Shown one piece after another: positions 1 through 11,800 of a DNA stretch of 64,000 nt. How positions within the stretch are numbered: the stretch's first letter is position 1; each line of letters starts with the position of its first letter. The notes below the pieces were generated by a model. It did not search any database. It was not told the DNA's origin and worked only from the letters and a program-made list of their open reading frames with translations. Origin of the DNA: Phoronis australis (Eukaryota; Animalia; Phoronida); NCBI GenBank assembly GCA_002633005.1, contig NMRA01000696.1:136006-200005 (forward strand), in the 5' to 3' direction. Made by a program: the position numbers and the translations under genes.

Positions 1-1954
1 GAACATGGGCGCTTATTACGACAGGCAACCGCTCTGGGCAGTTAATCTTATCTCGTGATCTAAGTCCCCGCAGCCTACACGTACTCAGAACACGTAGCAC
101 TTTTCAAAGAGCTTTAACATCACATCGCCACATGACGGGAAAAATGTCATAACAGCGGATGATCCCAACAAAGGTTCTATTGCCCGCAGATTAGTTATTC
201 ACTATGAAATTTACAGAATTGCTCAGTAATAGCCCCATGCCGTCCTGCGGTCTTGCTACTTTGCCCTGTAGAGCACAGACGACCAGTGACCACGCAGCCT
301 CTACTTGGATTGCCACTATTTCAAGATGTGACCTTGCTAAAGTGCGCGCGTGCAAGCTTCACGTGTTGCAGAGGTCACCTCGTACTGGCTGTCAAGTTCA
401 TAGTCAGAAAGCAGTTGTAATAAAAGTTTGAAAAACTTAATTCTGATGTTTTTTAGTGTTTGGGATGTTTATACTCGACACTCCGTGACTCAAATGACAT
501 TTTCAGCATATGGTTCTGTGGCTAACTGTTTTATCTCTACCGCCCGGCATTGCTCACTTGCCGTTGCGCCAAACATGCTCGGCAAAGAAGTAAGACAAGA
601 ATCGGGGTTAAGCGGCTGTGAGCCACTCGTCAATCAAGAATAAAATTTCGAGCCACGTCACAAAACAGCGATATTTCAATTCATTCTTAAACGATCACCG
701 TACCAAACTTCGTGGTGGAAAACATTTACATGCAAGATGTCCAGATTATCTTATTTATATCACCTACAATATCGCACTAAGGCACAGTTCGGTCCCGCTG
801 TTAGCGCACAATGTCTCAGTCGGCTGACAATCGTGATTTGGAAATGCCGTCGAGTAATATAACGACCTCTTTCAATATGCATCTCGTTTTTTATGGCCTA
901 AGATAGCGTCGGGATTCAGCACGCACGTAGGGCCTACGTGTGAGTCACCTGCCAATCACATGTTGGTGTCAAGGCAACATGCACTCCAAAGTGTGGGAAC
1001 TTGCGCGCATGCACCACTACAAAGTCACACATCAAAAGAGAACAGCGACAGTCTTGAGTAACAGAAACGGGAGTGACTAAGTACTTTAAGCTGTTACGAA
1101 AGATGCAGTTCTTCCATTGCCAACGTTCCCCAAAACTGCAATGTCAAGTCTATTCAAATATTTCCCGGCTCGATATTCCCTAAGCCCATGCCCGTAGCTA
1201 GCTGCGTGCACCTCCTACCCACTATCGCCAATTTTCATTCAGTCTTCGTCGTAGATATTTCAGACTCGAATGGTAAGAATTTTTGTTCAGGCTGAAACTG
1301 GCCAATGTACAAACAAAATTATTCTGCATGGCTAAAAAGGGAATGCGGAAACAATAATTCACACAATCACGCTTACGTGGGGGCTGACGCAAGACATAGT
1401 AAAGAACAGCCAGCGACATTAGTTAAATTTGCTAGCGCCAGTTTGACTGAGATGCAATAAGCGAAGAACAAAATTTGACTAGCAGTTTTTTATTACCTCA
1501 AGATCATACACAAACATACATTATTGCCAACCTTTGAATTCAGAAATCGATAGGCAGCAACGAAATCAGTAAGGCACTAATACGAGCGCTTTCAACCTTA
1601 TGAGAATTTGGAGGGTTGGCAAAACCATTGTCACATTTCTCTGGCCTGATTTTTTCGAATATATATTTTATCACGTGCATGCAGACGGAAACTCAGCGCG
1701 GCAGACTAAGTCGCCGAAAGTGGAAGTTTTGACGCCGGTGGCGTCCTTAAACTTGGTAAACATGGGAAGAAAATAAAGTGACAAAAACGTTAAAGTATTT
1801 TATTTTGAAGTGAGTCCATGACCCAAGACAATAACTCGTTATTTGTATTGTAATGCACATTGCTGAACCACCGTCTCGGAGGCCCGGCGTCGTTGCGCTC
1901 ATTGTGATCATCGATCTTTTTCTAAAAGTCCGGGAATCGCGCGTTTCCTTAGCA

Positions 1955-2096
1955 CTGGGCGCTAAATCTTCATTCTTTAAAAGTTAGGGATGGGCGCTTA
2001 ACGAAAAGGTGGGCGCTTAACTGGAAATCTTCAAAAATCGCAGGGGGCGCTTAACCGAACAGTGGACGGTTAAATCGAAAATCCACCTAAGTACGG
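1955..2096. mobile_element. Terminal region of a Tc1/pogo-like element
   Basis: Repeated GGGCGCTTAA subterminal motifs ending ...AAGTACGG; abuts the truncated Kolobok end. Confidence 0.35.
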
Positions 2097-2120
2097 AGTG
2101 GGCGCAGTCACTGTGCAGAA

Positions 2121-2268
2121 GAACCACTGATGTCGCTGCGTCGTTTCTTATCTTCCTCACATGTCAACGCGACACCTCTCGGCGAGGTAAGATTGACCAT
2201 TTAAGGTGAAGTGGATATAGACCGATTAAGACAGTAAAAAGACTACTTAAATCGGGTGGCATTGTCCT
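2121..2268 (+). mobile_element. Right-end fragment of the same Kolobok family
   Basis: Aligns to 10145-10295; ends GGTGGCATTGTCCT|TTAA. Confidence 0.8.
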
Positions 2269-4360
2269 TTAACTTCTTTAGCTTACAATATGGTTGACAA
2301 GTAAAATTCTATTATGACAAATTTCTCCACAAAAAGATAGATTAAACAATTTTTATTCCATTATTGGCATGGTCTGTAAATGTATTGCGTAAATGTCACA
2401 TAACAGTAGGTAAGTTTCCACTGTTTGCAGCAAAATAAACAGCTTAAAAAATAATATTTTGGCAATTATTTTTGTACAAAATAAGTAAAGAATTATCATA
2501 TTTATGTCCACACTTTGCAACAACAATTTATTATTCACTAGGTGGTGCTAATAAAAATAGCAATATATCACAAACTGTAGCAATAGCAAAAACTGTGGTA
2601 ATGTTTCACTGTGTCACAATTTATAGATGTGGGATTGCATGAACTGTGATAACTTTCATATTGAGATAGTTTGTAAACAAACCTCAGCAGCACAAAACTA
2701 TTGTTAATTAGGAAAACACCTTGTAACGAAATCAGAAACAACAGCTTAAAAACTAAATGAACAAATGCACTACCTAACAATATCACTGACAATGGTTTGC
2801 ATACTACCTCACAATATCACCGACAATGGTTTGCATACTACCGTAAACTTAATTTTGGAAAAAAGAATTGCCACAATGTCTTATTTTAAAGGTCTTCAAA
2901 ATTTGTTGTGAATGCCCACAGCTTTCCACAACTCTCTTTACTGGTAGCTTTGGTGAGCAGCCTTGTCACCTTGGGTTGCTCGGAGTGCCTCCACTCCCCA
3001 ATCGTCAGCCATTTTCATGGGAGGTACAGGAACACCCATTCCATAACTCAAAAAATTTCATAAATAGTAACTGCATCCAACTGCATTTTGTTTAGGTATG
3101 TAGAGTATTTAAGTTTGTCCAGTTGTAACTATCTGTGGTCTAGCATGTCCCCTCTTCACACCTCAACAGATTAAGAGCAGAAAGTACCATAGTTCATCAG
3201 CACAGTGCCTGTACAGATGAGGCAAAATACTCAGTGACACATATAGACAAATCAATTCATCCTCTGCAGTAGAGTTATCTCCCTTGTCGCTGGTGCTGAA
3301 CGACATTGGGATACCCGATGTTTTCAGCATCTCATTGGAGACAAGTCAGGTAATCACTGAATGGCAGCTTAAGAATGGCACTAAATGAACAATAACAAGC
3401 GAGAGATTTGTTGTTGTGAACAGATGTAATTATGCTTTTTGAATGTGGTGGGTCACCACGCTCAAGTTTGAAACTCCTACCTAAGCTCTAATTTGACCAC
3501 CACCCTCAAATTTGGAGCTCAATTTTTTTTCTTGATTACTCGGTCCTATCAAGTGGTCTCAACCCGTAAACTTACGACTGTCATAGTTTTCAGTCTAATC
3601 CTCCCTACAGTATAAATCCAAGACACAGGCCATTGTGGTCTCCCTTTCTGGACTTAAGTAAACATTGCCACTGAAAGCGTAACCCATTTGGCTCAAGTTT
3701 TGTCCTAGTAAAACGCTGGTAGCTTTCATTTGGCACTGCTGGTAATCGAATTCGCACTTTCCTCACCAATGTCATTGACGACCTGGAAAAATTCCATGTC
3801 GCCACGAGGTCGCCACTGCAAGCACCAAGTCTGACAATAATTCCCTGTAAAATCATTTTAAGATTCGTGTTGACTTCCAAACTTTCAATTACTGTTTTCC
3901 TATTTTTATTACCTTTGATTCACAATTATTCCGTTTATTTTGAAAATTCAGCGCATTTTCCACCACTTTTAAATTACAACAGGAAATAAAGACAGAAGTC
4001 AGAATTGTTGAGCAAAAATCGGGCAAGATCAGCGAAATTTGCACCACCAGCCCATGCAGTCCCGTGCTCTTTTGTGGGCGGGAGGAACAATTGAGTCACA
4101 GAATGAATGTACGAACATAAATAGATTTACGGAGGGAAATTAGGGAAACAGGATGCCGTTACAACCGTACACCGAATAAGAAACTTGTGACTTTGTCGGC
4201 GCCATACGCCGGAGATGACGTTCAGTTTTGCCGACCTCAGATTTCGTGTGGCGGCCTAAGACTTTAGCTAGGTCGACAAATGCGACTTAGCATTTAGCTA
4301 AGCGTCGAGCGCTGAACCTAGTGGTGTAAACAGCATTTTAACACCTTTCCTGCTATAACA

Positions 4361-4547
4361 ATGTCAGCAAATTTCCACTGCTGTGTGGCGGGATGGACCA
4401 ACATCTTATGAAAATGGCAAACCTTTTGAACTATCAGTTGATGAGCAAGGACACCCTGTGAAGATGTATCCCCGACAAAGGCAATGGCTGCCGCTGATAA
4501 AGGGGGAGAATTTCAATTCCAGTCAAAAAGCTAAAATAAATTACTGA
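4361..4547 (+). pseudogene. Decayed THAP-domain fossil (second transposon family)
   Basis: MSANFHCCVAGWTN then frameshift to ...VKMYPRQRQWLPLIKGENFNSSQKAKI. Confidence 0.4.
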
Positions 4548-5840
4548 ACTTTAACTAATCAAACATTGGGATGAGCTGACAGTGGAATCTAGTCTTCTAC
4601 TTTTATATTTATGAACCACTTTGTAATTGAATTTCTGTACACCGCATCTGAGTCAAGATCAATCGGAAATCACATTCCTGCTCTTATTACTCTAGAGAGC
4701 GCCAATATGAAAAGTCCCCTATTATGACACAGAAGTCAACTAGGGAGAAATGGTGTGTGTTATTTGACTACAGACACACAACTGTCATGCTAAAATTGCA
4801 GTGGCAACAAAAACATAAATAACTTCAAATTGCTCTCCTAGCGAAAATCTCAAAATACAAAATTTTGTCAATCCATGTTTTCACATTGACATATGAACTC
4901 ATATCTTTTATTCATCAGCAAAGCAGATTAGTTATTAAACTGCAGTAAGCCACAATGCATACAATAGCTTCCATTCATAGATTAATCTGTATGAAGACAG
5001 CTTTTTCTCTGGACACACACAACATTTTAAACAAAACTACAAAAACAATTGACAGATTCACTGTCATGCTAGGTGAGAAGTGAATGAACCAATGTTTTAT
5101 GTTGAATACATGAGTTCAAACACTTGAAACAATCAAATTTCAATCACTTCGTTGGTAAAACTTAACGACATATCAATAATGGATGTGAACAAATTACAAC
5201 TAAAAACAAAGAAGTTCCATGACTCAGCAGGTAAAGTCCAGTCAATTTAACTTTTAATCCATGACATGAGAAAAGTACTGCAATGCAACCAAAACAAAAA
5301 ATCAACTTTCACATCAGCTTTCATAGCAGAGAAGTGACATCTTGATGTTCTTTGAGAAAATCAATGAAACCATTTTATACTGATGGCATTTGTGGCCCCC
5401 TGCAGGGTAGTCATTAAAAAATGCTAATAAATTCCATAACTAAGATTGTCAGTTAGCTCAAGACTTCTACTATGTTAACGCAGTCACCAGAATAAACACA
5501 AGACTTTGGCTGTGTTATACAGATGCAAGAAATCTGCAAAAATGTAAGATCAGGCAAGTCTACATGAGAAACCACCATGCATTACAAATCAAGCACATGA
5601 CCACACTAGCCTCACTCGTACGTCTACAGAATGATGCTCCGGTATAACACAGCACATTTTACTCTTTCAATGTCAAGGAGTTGGTAGTATTAAAATAGAA
5701 ACATAAGAATGAACCCCTAGATAGTTACAGATGCCAAATCCAACAAAGCGTCATGCAAATCCACTACTTTTAGCCATGAAGCTGTCTACTGGTTTGCTTT
5801 GATGAGACATCTGATATGGTTTTGGTGGTCTAGTTGCCTG

Positions 5841-6071
5841 AAGCCTCACCTGTGTCAGTATACACCTCATGGACAAATGGAGCCTCACTTGTGTCATTAT
5901 ACACCTAATGGACAAATGGAGCCTCACCTGTGTCAGTATACACCTCATGGACAAATGGAGCCTCACTTGTGTCATTACACCTCATGGGCAAATGGAGCCT
6001 CACTTGTGTCATTATACACCTAATGGACAAATGGAGACTCACTTGTGTCAGTATGCACCTCATGCACAAAT
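5841..6071. repeat. 39-bp minisatellite, ~6 copies
   Basis: Unit gcctcacttgtgtcattatacacctcatggacaaatgga. Confidence 0.95.
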
Positions 6072-6428
6072 GCTATTGTCATTCCCCTAATGAACACTCT
6101 TGCAAGAGTTTGTCCAATTTCCAACATTCACTATGAACTATTATATTAGATCATTGACCATAACTTATGGAAACGAACCAGCTTATAATAGACTCATTTC
6201 TTAACTTGTTGTTAGACATTTGCCAAAGTCTGAACGTGGGAATGCAAATTTAACCATCACTAGTTTGGAGTTTTAAATCTGTTCATGTTTTGATCAATCA
6301 AGAATAACATCACAATACAGTTTACTTCTTTCATGGACCAGGTCTCATACCCTGGCTGTAGCAGTAGTGCCCAACTGTGATAGCCTGTTACCATGCCAAC
6401 ACACAACTCAAAGACAGCTTGGCTCACA

Positions 6429-7183
6429 TAACAAGAGCAACGCAGAGCATTGAAATGCACCAACGAAGGCACCGCAAACGGTGTGCTTCTAGGGGTGTTT
6501 ATTTAGAACATAAAAATGACCATTAAATGGTGCAAAATACATCAAATCCATCCGAAAACTAGTATGTGTCATCAAATCTATTTACCAAATTTCATAAAAA
6601 TCCGTCAAGGAACTTCTGAGAAACCGAGGAAAACGAAAAAAATGAAATTGCCACTAGGAGGCTATAGAGAAAAAAACGTAACTGCCACTAAGAGGCGCCA
6701 CAGTAGATGAAGTCATCAGAAAATCATCGTCAGACTACCTCTTCACATTAGGAACATACTTGCCAATTTCCACAACCATCCTTAGAGTGGTTTGGTTGGC
6801 AGAGGGGCAGACGCCAAATACTAAGACTCGAATACAGTAAAAATGACCACTTGGTGCCGCAAAATACCACGAGTCAAAACGAAAACCGGAGGATAGCATC
6901 AACTCATTAATAGATGCCTATCTGCCAAATTTTATGAAAATCCATTGCGGACCTCCGAAGATAGAGAGGTAAGCGTAAAAAACTACAATTGCCACACTGG
7001 GAGGCACGCCAGCAGTCGGAGAGGTCCGAAATTCGTCATCCATCGTCAGCTTCATAGAAAAACATCTGCCAAATCTCATCCAGGTCCTGTAAGCGGTTTA
7101 GGAGATACAGCAGTGGACGCCAGATGCCCAGACAAAGATGACGGCAATATGCGACCACATATAAATAGGTGGGCACATAACAA
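6429..7183 (+). mobile_element. Helentron-associated (HINE/DINE-like) non-autonomous element
   Basis: Starts AACAAGAGC, contains degenerate internal repeats (ccaaatttcat...aatcc), ends in a subterminal hairpin followed by ATAACAA; its 3' half recurs at about 33055-33470. Confidence 0.6.
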
Positions 7184-7751
7184 GTGCTTTTAGTTGTGTC
7201 CAGACAAGTAGTAGCCCTGGCACAGGACCACCCAGGGGAAGCTTGTCCCCAGTCAGCCAAACAGACACAACTATAAGCTGCCAGTGTAAAGGAAAAAGTG
7301 AGACACAGTCATTCATTGCATGTGTCAAGGCAGGAAGATGCCAACAAGAGTCAACCAGCAAAAACAATTTATTTCTTCCACCATGACACCTTGTCTGACC
7401 ACTACACTGGCACTTGACCCACTGCTGCAATTTCCATCACCTCGATCTGATCAAAAGGTTAACAGACGAAAAGCAATCAAGAAAGAGCAGAGATTTCAAC
7501 CCCAGAGCACAAATTTGTACTTTCTGTCCTTTTCACCCAAAATCCTACGATTCTCACAATTAACCTTACTAAAACACCTTTGAACAGCCAGGTGGTGCCA
7601 TCAGTTGTGACTTTACTAGTCTGTAAAACAATTCTATAAATATTCTTGCTCATCATTCAGATTAGACATTAAACAAAGCACTGTTAGGTCACATCCTGTC
7701 ACAGTTGCACAAACTGTTGTAAGATCCTCAAAGCACAAACTGTCATGATAA

Positions 7752-7913
7752 TCATTCGTTGCAACAATTCACAGTATGCAGGGTTGCACATATTGCTGTA
7801 ACCCTCATTCGTTGCAACAATTCACAATATGCAGGGTTGCACATATTGCCGTAACCCTCATTCGTTGCAACAATTCACAATATGCAGGGTTGCACATATT
7901 GCTGTAACCCTCA
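7752..7913. repeat. 53-bp minisatellite, 3 copies
   Basis: Unit tcattcgttgcaacaattcacaatatgcagggttgcacatattgctgtaaccc. Confidence 0.95.
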
Positions 7914-8720
7914 AATTGGACAGCTTGCGCAGACCTTAGAAGTACAAACTATAGCAATATAACCAATCTACAATTGGGTGTAGTGACGGCTAGTTCAGTC
8001 TTGGGCTTGGGCATGGACGAATTCTGCACTGAAAATGGCTGACAACAAGTGAAGTGGGGAAAGTTGCAGTGATAGAAAGGACAAGACTGTTGTCTCTCTT
8101 GGAATGGATAATTCTGATAAACGCCGCCGTCAGACCAGTTCTACCATGGCTACCACGGCAACCATCTTTACAATACTGAGACACATTAATCAACATGGAT
8201 TGTGGGGGAAGTAAACAAGCAAATGCTGCTGTATTTCCAAGAAACCAAACCTTTGAATCCATCCGTAGATGGTGCCAGTCCACTGACAGGTCAAACTTCA
8301 TTTAAAGATGCCTGATTAATTCAAAGTTGTATTGCAGGTTCCAGTAGTTTTTCTGGCAAGATTAAAAGGTGCTCCTGTAAGCCATTCCATGGAACAAATG
8401 GTGATGGGGAAACACACACGTAAGTTGATTGCATTTGAAAGTTGTCTAACTGTCCACTGTTGGTCTAGAGTTGGAAATTAAGAAAGTGTCTTGGGCCCTT
8501 GGAGTTCACAAAAAATAAACACAATTTGTGCTTGGAAGATTTGTACAGACTGTTGCAAATTGAGGACAATGACAGTTTGTGTTCTAACAGACCACTTTAT
8601 ACAGTAGTGTTCAATATTTAGAATTAGGTATCATTGAATAACGAATTTGTTTTTCAGTGCAAGTAACAAGTTCACAAAATCAGTGGTATACCATGCCCAG
8701 TAACCCACAACCCAACTTAC

Positions 8721-8823
8721 CATGCATAGTTTGTCTCAAAACAGACACGTTTTCTAATATCTTATCGCTGTGTTCAGGGGCTATCTGCATAGCACGGAGG
8801 TGAGATGGCTGTAACTGGCACAC
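8721..8823 (-). CDS. SAM-domain gene coding exon 2
   Basis: Strong acceptor ttgtttttctgttttag|GTG and donor G|gtaagt; completes the SAM domain. Confidence 0.8.
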
Positions 8824-11800
8824 CTAAAACAGAAAAACAACAGCTTTGAAATAACAGATGTAACTACGGTCAACACTTTAGATACCTGTTTCCCCACGTA
8901 TCAAACTAGACATACTATGCACTTAAAGGAGCATGCCACCCAAAAAACAACCTATTTTGTATCCATCTAGATCGAGTAGTTCTACTCGATAACGGCACAT
9001 TCGGTTGCGTTACCTGACACTTGACGGCAGACGGAGGTGTTGAAATTATCCAATGACGTCATTGGTTTCAAACGCAGTCTGTTCAGCAGTTCACAACACG
9101 GGTTACTGGTGTCAGCTTATTGCTTTAATTCATTGTTTCACACCAATAAATCATCAAACTTCGACGTAAAATCCTTAAAAATACACTGAGTTCTTACAAA
9201 AACGTGTTTTATTTCGCTATTAAGGATTTATTGGTTTTGGACACACCGTAGCCCACGAAGTTCGGCAGGCCAATTTACTAAGGTCCGTAGCAGGAGTTAG
9301 GGGTCTGTTCGGAGATAAATTCGAAGTATTCTTCCAGAAGTACAGACAGGAGAACCTAGATCTGTGTTGTTTAGACTTGTGAGGGGGGGGGGGAAGAAGT
9401 TGTACATTGACAATCATTATTTGAATAATGTATAGGTAAATAAAGATTCCCCTAACACCTGGCCCTGGAATAGTTTCTGTCAGCAAACACTGAATTGGCA
9501 TGCGCTCACATGGCCTCAGTGTCCGGTCAATTAGTTTTATTGCACCTAAAGCTAGGTAATGCAGTGATTTACTCATTGCTGGCTTCTCAGTCAAATCCTT
9601 TGCACTAACGAACACTCCAAAGGCATTACAAGTTGCATCTGAGACAGACTTTGTTTCAGTTTCATATAAGTATTGGTTAGGGTGAGAATAATTCATTTTG
9701 AAACAGAACGCTCAGTAATAAACATCAACATGGCAACTCGCAATCCCGACTTAGATGAGAGCTCATCAGACGAAGACTTCGCAGGAGGATCATTAAGTTT
9801 CACAGGCTATCAGTTCGAACCGGAATACAGTGATGAAGAAATACTGGAGAGGCGCCGTGAACAAGCTCAGGCAACGGAACGTATGGATACTTATTTGGTA
9901 AGCCGGCATTCGTCAGACTCACTGTCGACGACTGCAGGCCACAGACACAGAGATGTTTCACAGCCTCACACTTGCTATTTACAGCGTCCTTTTCATTCTT
10001 TACAACCGTGAGCCACTTTCTAAGCATTTCAGACTCTCGAGGAAGTTGCATGGAAAAACGATATACCCGCTTTCCTCACAGCTGCATACAGTTCGGACAA
10101 GCAAGAACGATGCACCGCAACATAGGGGCATTCATTCTGCAAATGAACCACTGACGTCGCTGCGTCGTTTCTCACCTTCCTCACAGGTTAACGTGACACC
10201 TCTCGGCAATGTAAGGTCGACCGTATGCGAGGCGATGTGGATATACACCGATTAAGACAGTAAAAAAGACTAATTAAATCAGGTGGCATTCTCCTTTAAG
10301 ACACCCGTTTCCCCACATATCAAACTAGACATACCATGCCGTGACGCCCATTATATGTGAATATAAAGGCATTTAGAAAATGGAAATATATAACTGTTGT
10401 TAAATGCTGACATACTTTTTTAATTGCTGGGAGTAAAACTTGCTGTCACTCAGCAAAACCAATATCTACAACAGTGCCATGCAGGCCTTTATGCAGCGTA
10501 CGTCCTGGGCATACAAATGGACACCCTAGCAGTAATCTGGACCCCTGGTAAGCACCCCCACTGTATCATTTGGACGCCCTATGTATCATTTGGATGCTCA
10601 CTGTCAATAGGAACCATTCAAGTTTGGACTCACACATTGTAATGAATACTGTGAAGCCTCTGAAAGCTCACAGTGGGGGCTCTTTTTTCAAAGCAGGAAG
10701 AAATATACATTGTTGCTATGCTCACACTTGGTTGATAGCATTGTAAAAGTCTTGGTCTACAGTTTTGTTTTAGTAAAAATGCTCACTAGAGAAGGCTGTT
10801 TTGTAAACTTAGATGTAAAAACCTTGGTCTATGCATTTTTTGTAAAAAAATCTGTGTTTGGGGGGATTGCTGAGGGTGGGGGGTTACGCGTCGAAATCAT
10901 GGACACCCTGGAATATTGGGAACCCCATTTTGGACACCCTATTTTCAAAATCCTGGATAAAGGCCTGGTGCCATGGCTCAATCCATACAGGCAAGAACAA
11001 TTGCCTAAACGCAGAGTTCAATTAATTGCGCCATAACTGCTAAATCTGTATTTCCACAAGATTTAATGCACGAGGGTTCAGAGTACCAGCGGACCATAGA
11101 AGTAAGTCCATCACATACTACCTTCTCATTGAAACGTTTACAGTGAGGCTGCACATCTGGGCGAGGGAACTGACTCCTCAGAGTTTTACATAATTGGGTA
11201 TTATCTCGACATTGTTCTCTACAACTGAGAACCTGAACAGAAGAATGTTCTCCATGGTGCAAATTCACTTGAAGCAGCACTATCTCAAACCCTACCCCTG
11301 TACGTTGAACATCACGTGAAATTGCTTGTTACAATATGTTTTGAACATCACTCTAAGCACACCAATGCCATAAATTTCCAAATGTAATGAACTAGGCTTA
11401 TTGATTTACATTCGTCTACATCACGAGAATGCTTACACGCTGTTCTATTCCAAGCTTTGTTCATTACCACTAATTTTGACCTCTTGTTCTGTGTTTTCGC
11501 GGTAAAGTTAAATGGCGTGAAAAGGCTACTTCACTTAACATTTGATAAGACTATATTTTCTTAAACATTCCTAGAACAATTAAGGTAGCCTAATAAAAAA
11601 ATCGATTCAGGACTTTTTACTCCACATTGAGCTGCCTTGTTACCTGATGTACTTCAACCACCATGAGTCTTATTTAAGGCCGTAATGACATCACTAACAA
11701 TGGCGACACCTTTTTTCAAAGAGGACCCTACTTTTTACAGGTCGTCAGACATTCAAATGTATCACAAGTGCCAGCAAACAGGACTAGACAAGATAAAACT

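Noticed and set aside
2935-3050. SYGMGVPVPPMKMADDWGVEALRATQGDKAAHQSYQ* as the last exon of the SAM gene
   Set aside because: No credible acceptor after the upstream in-frame stop.
5751-6136. Repeat ORFs; CRISPR-like periodicity here and at 55743, 60425 and 39870
   Set aside because: Head-to-tail units without unique spacers, no cas genes, eukaryotic context: these are minisatellites.
11005-11280. Candidate exon inside SAM gene intron 1
   Set aside because: It would interrupt the SAM fold that is formed cleanly by joining 14090 to 8823.
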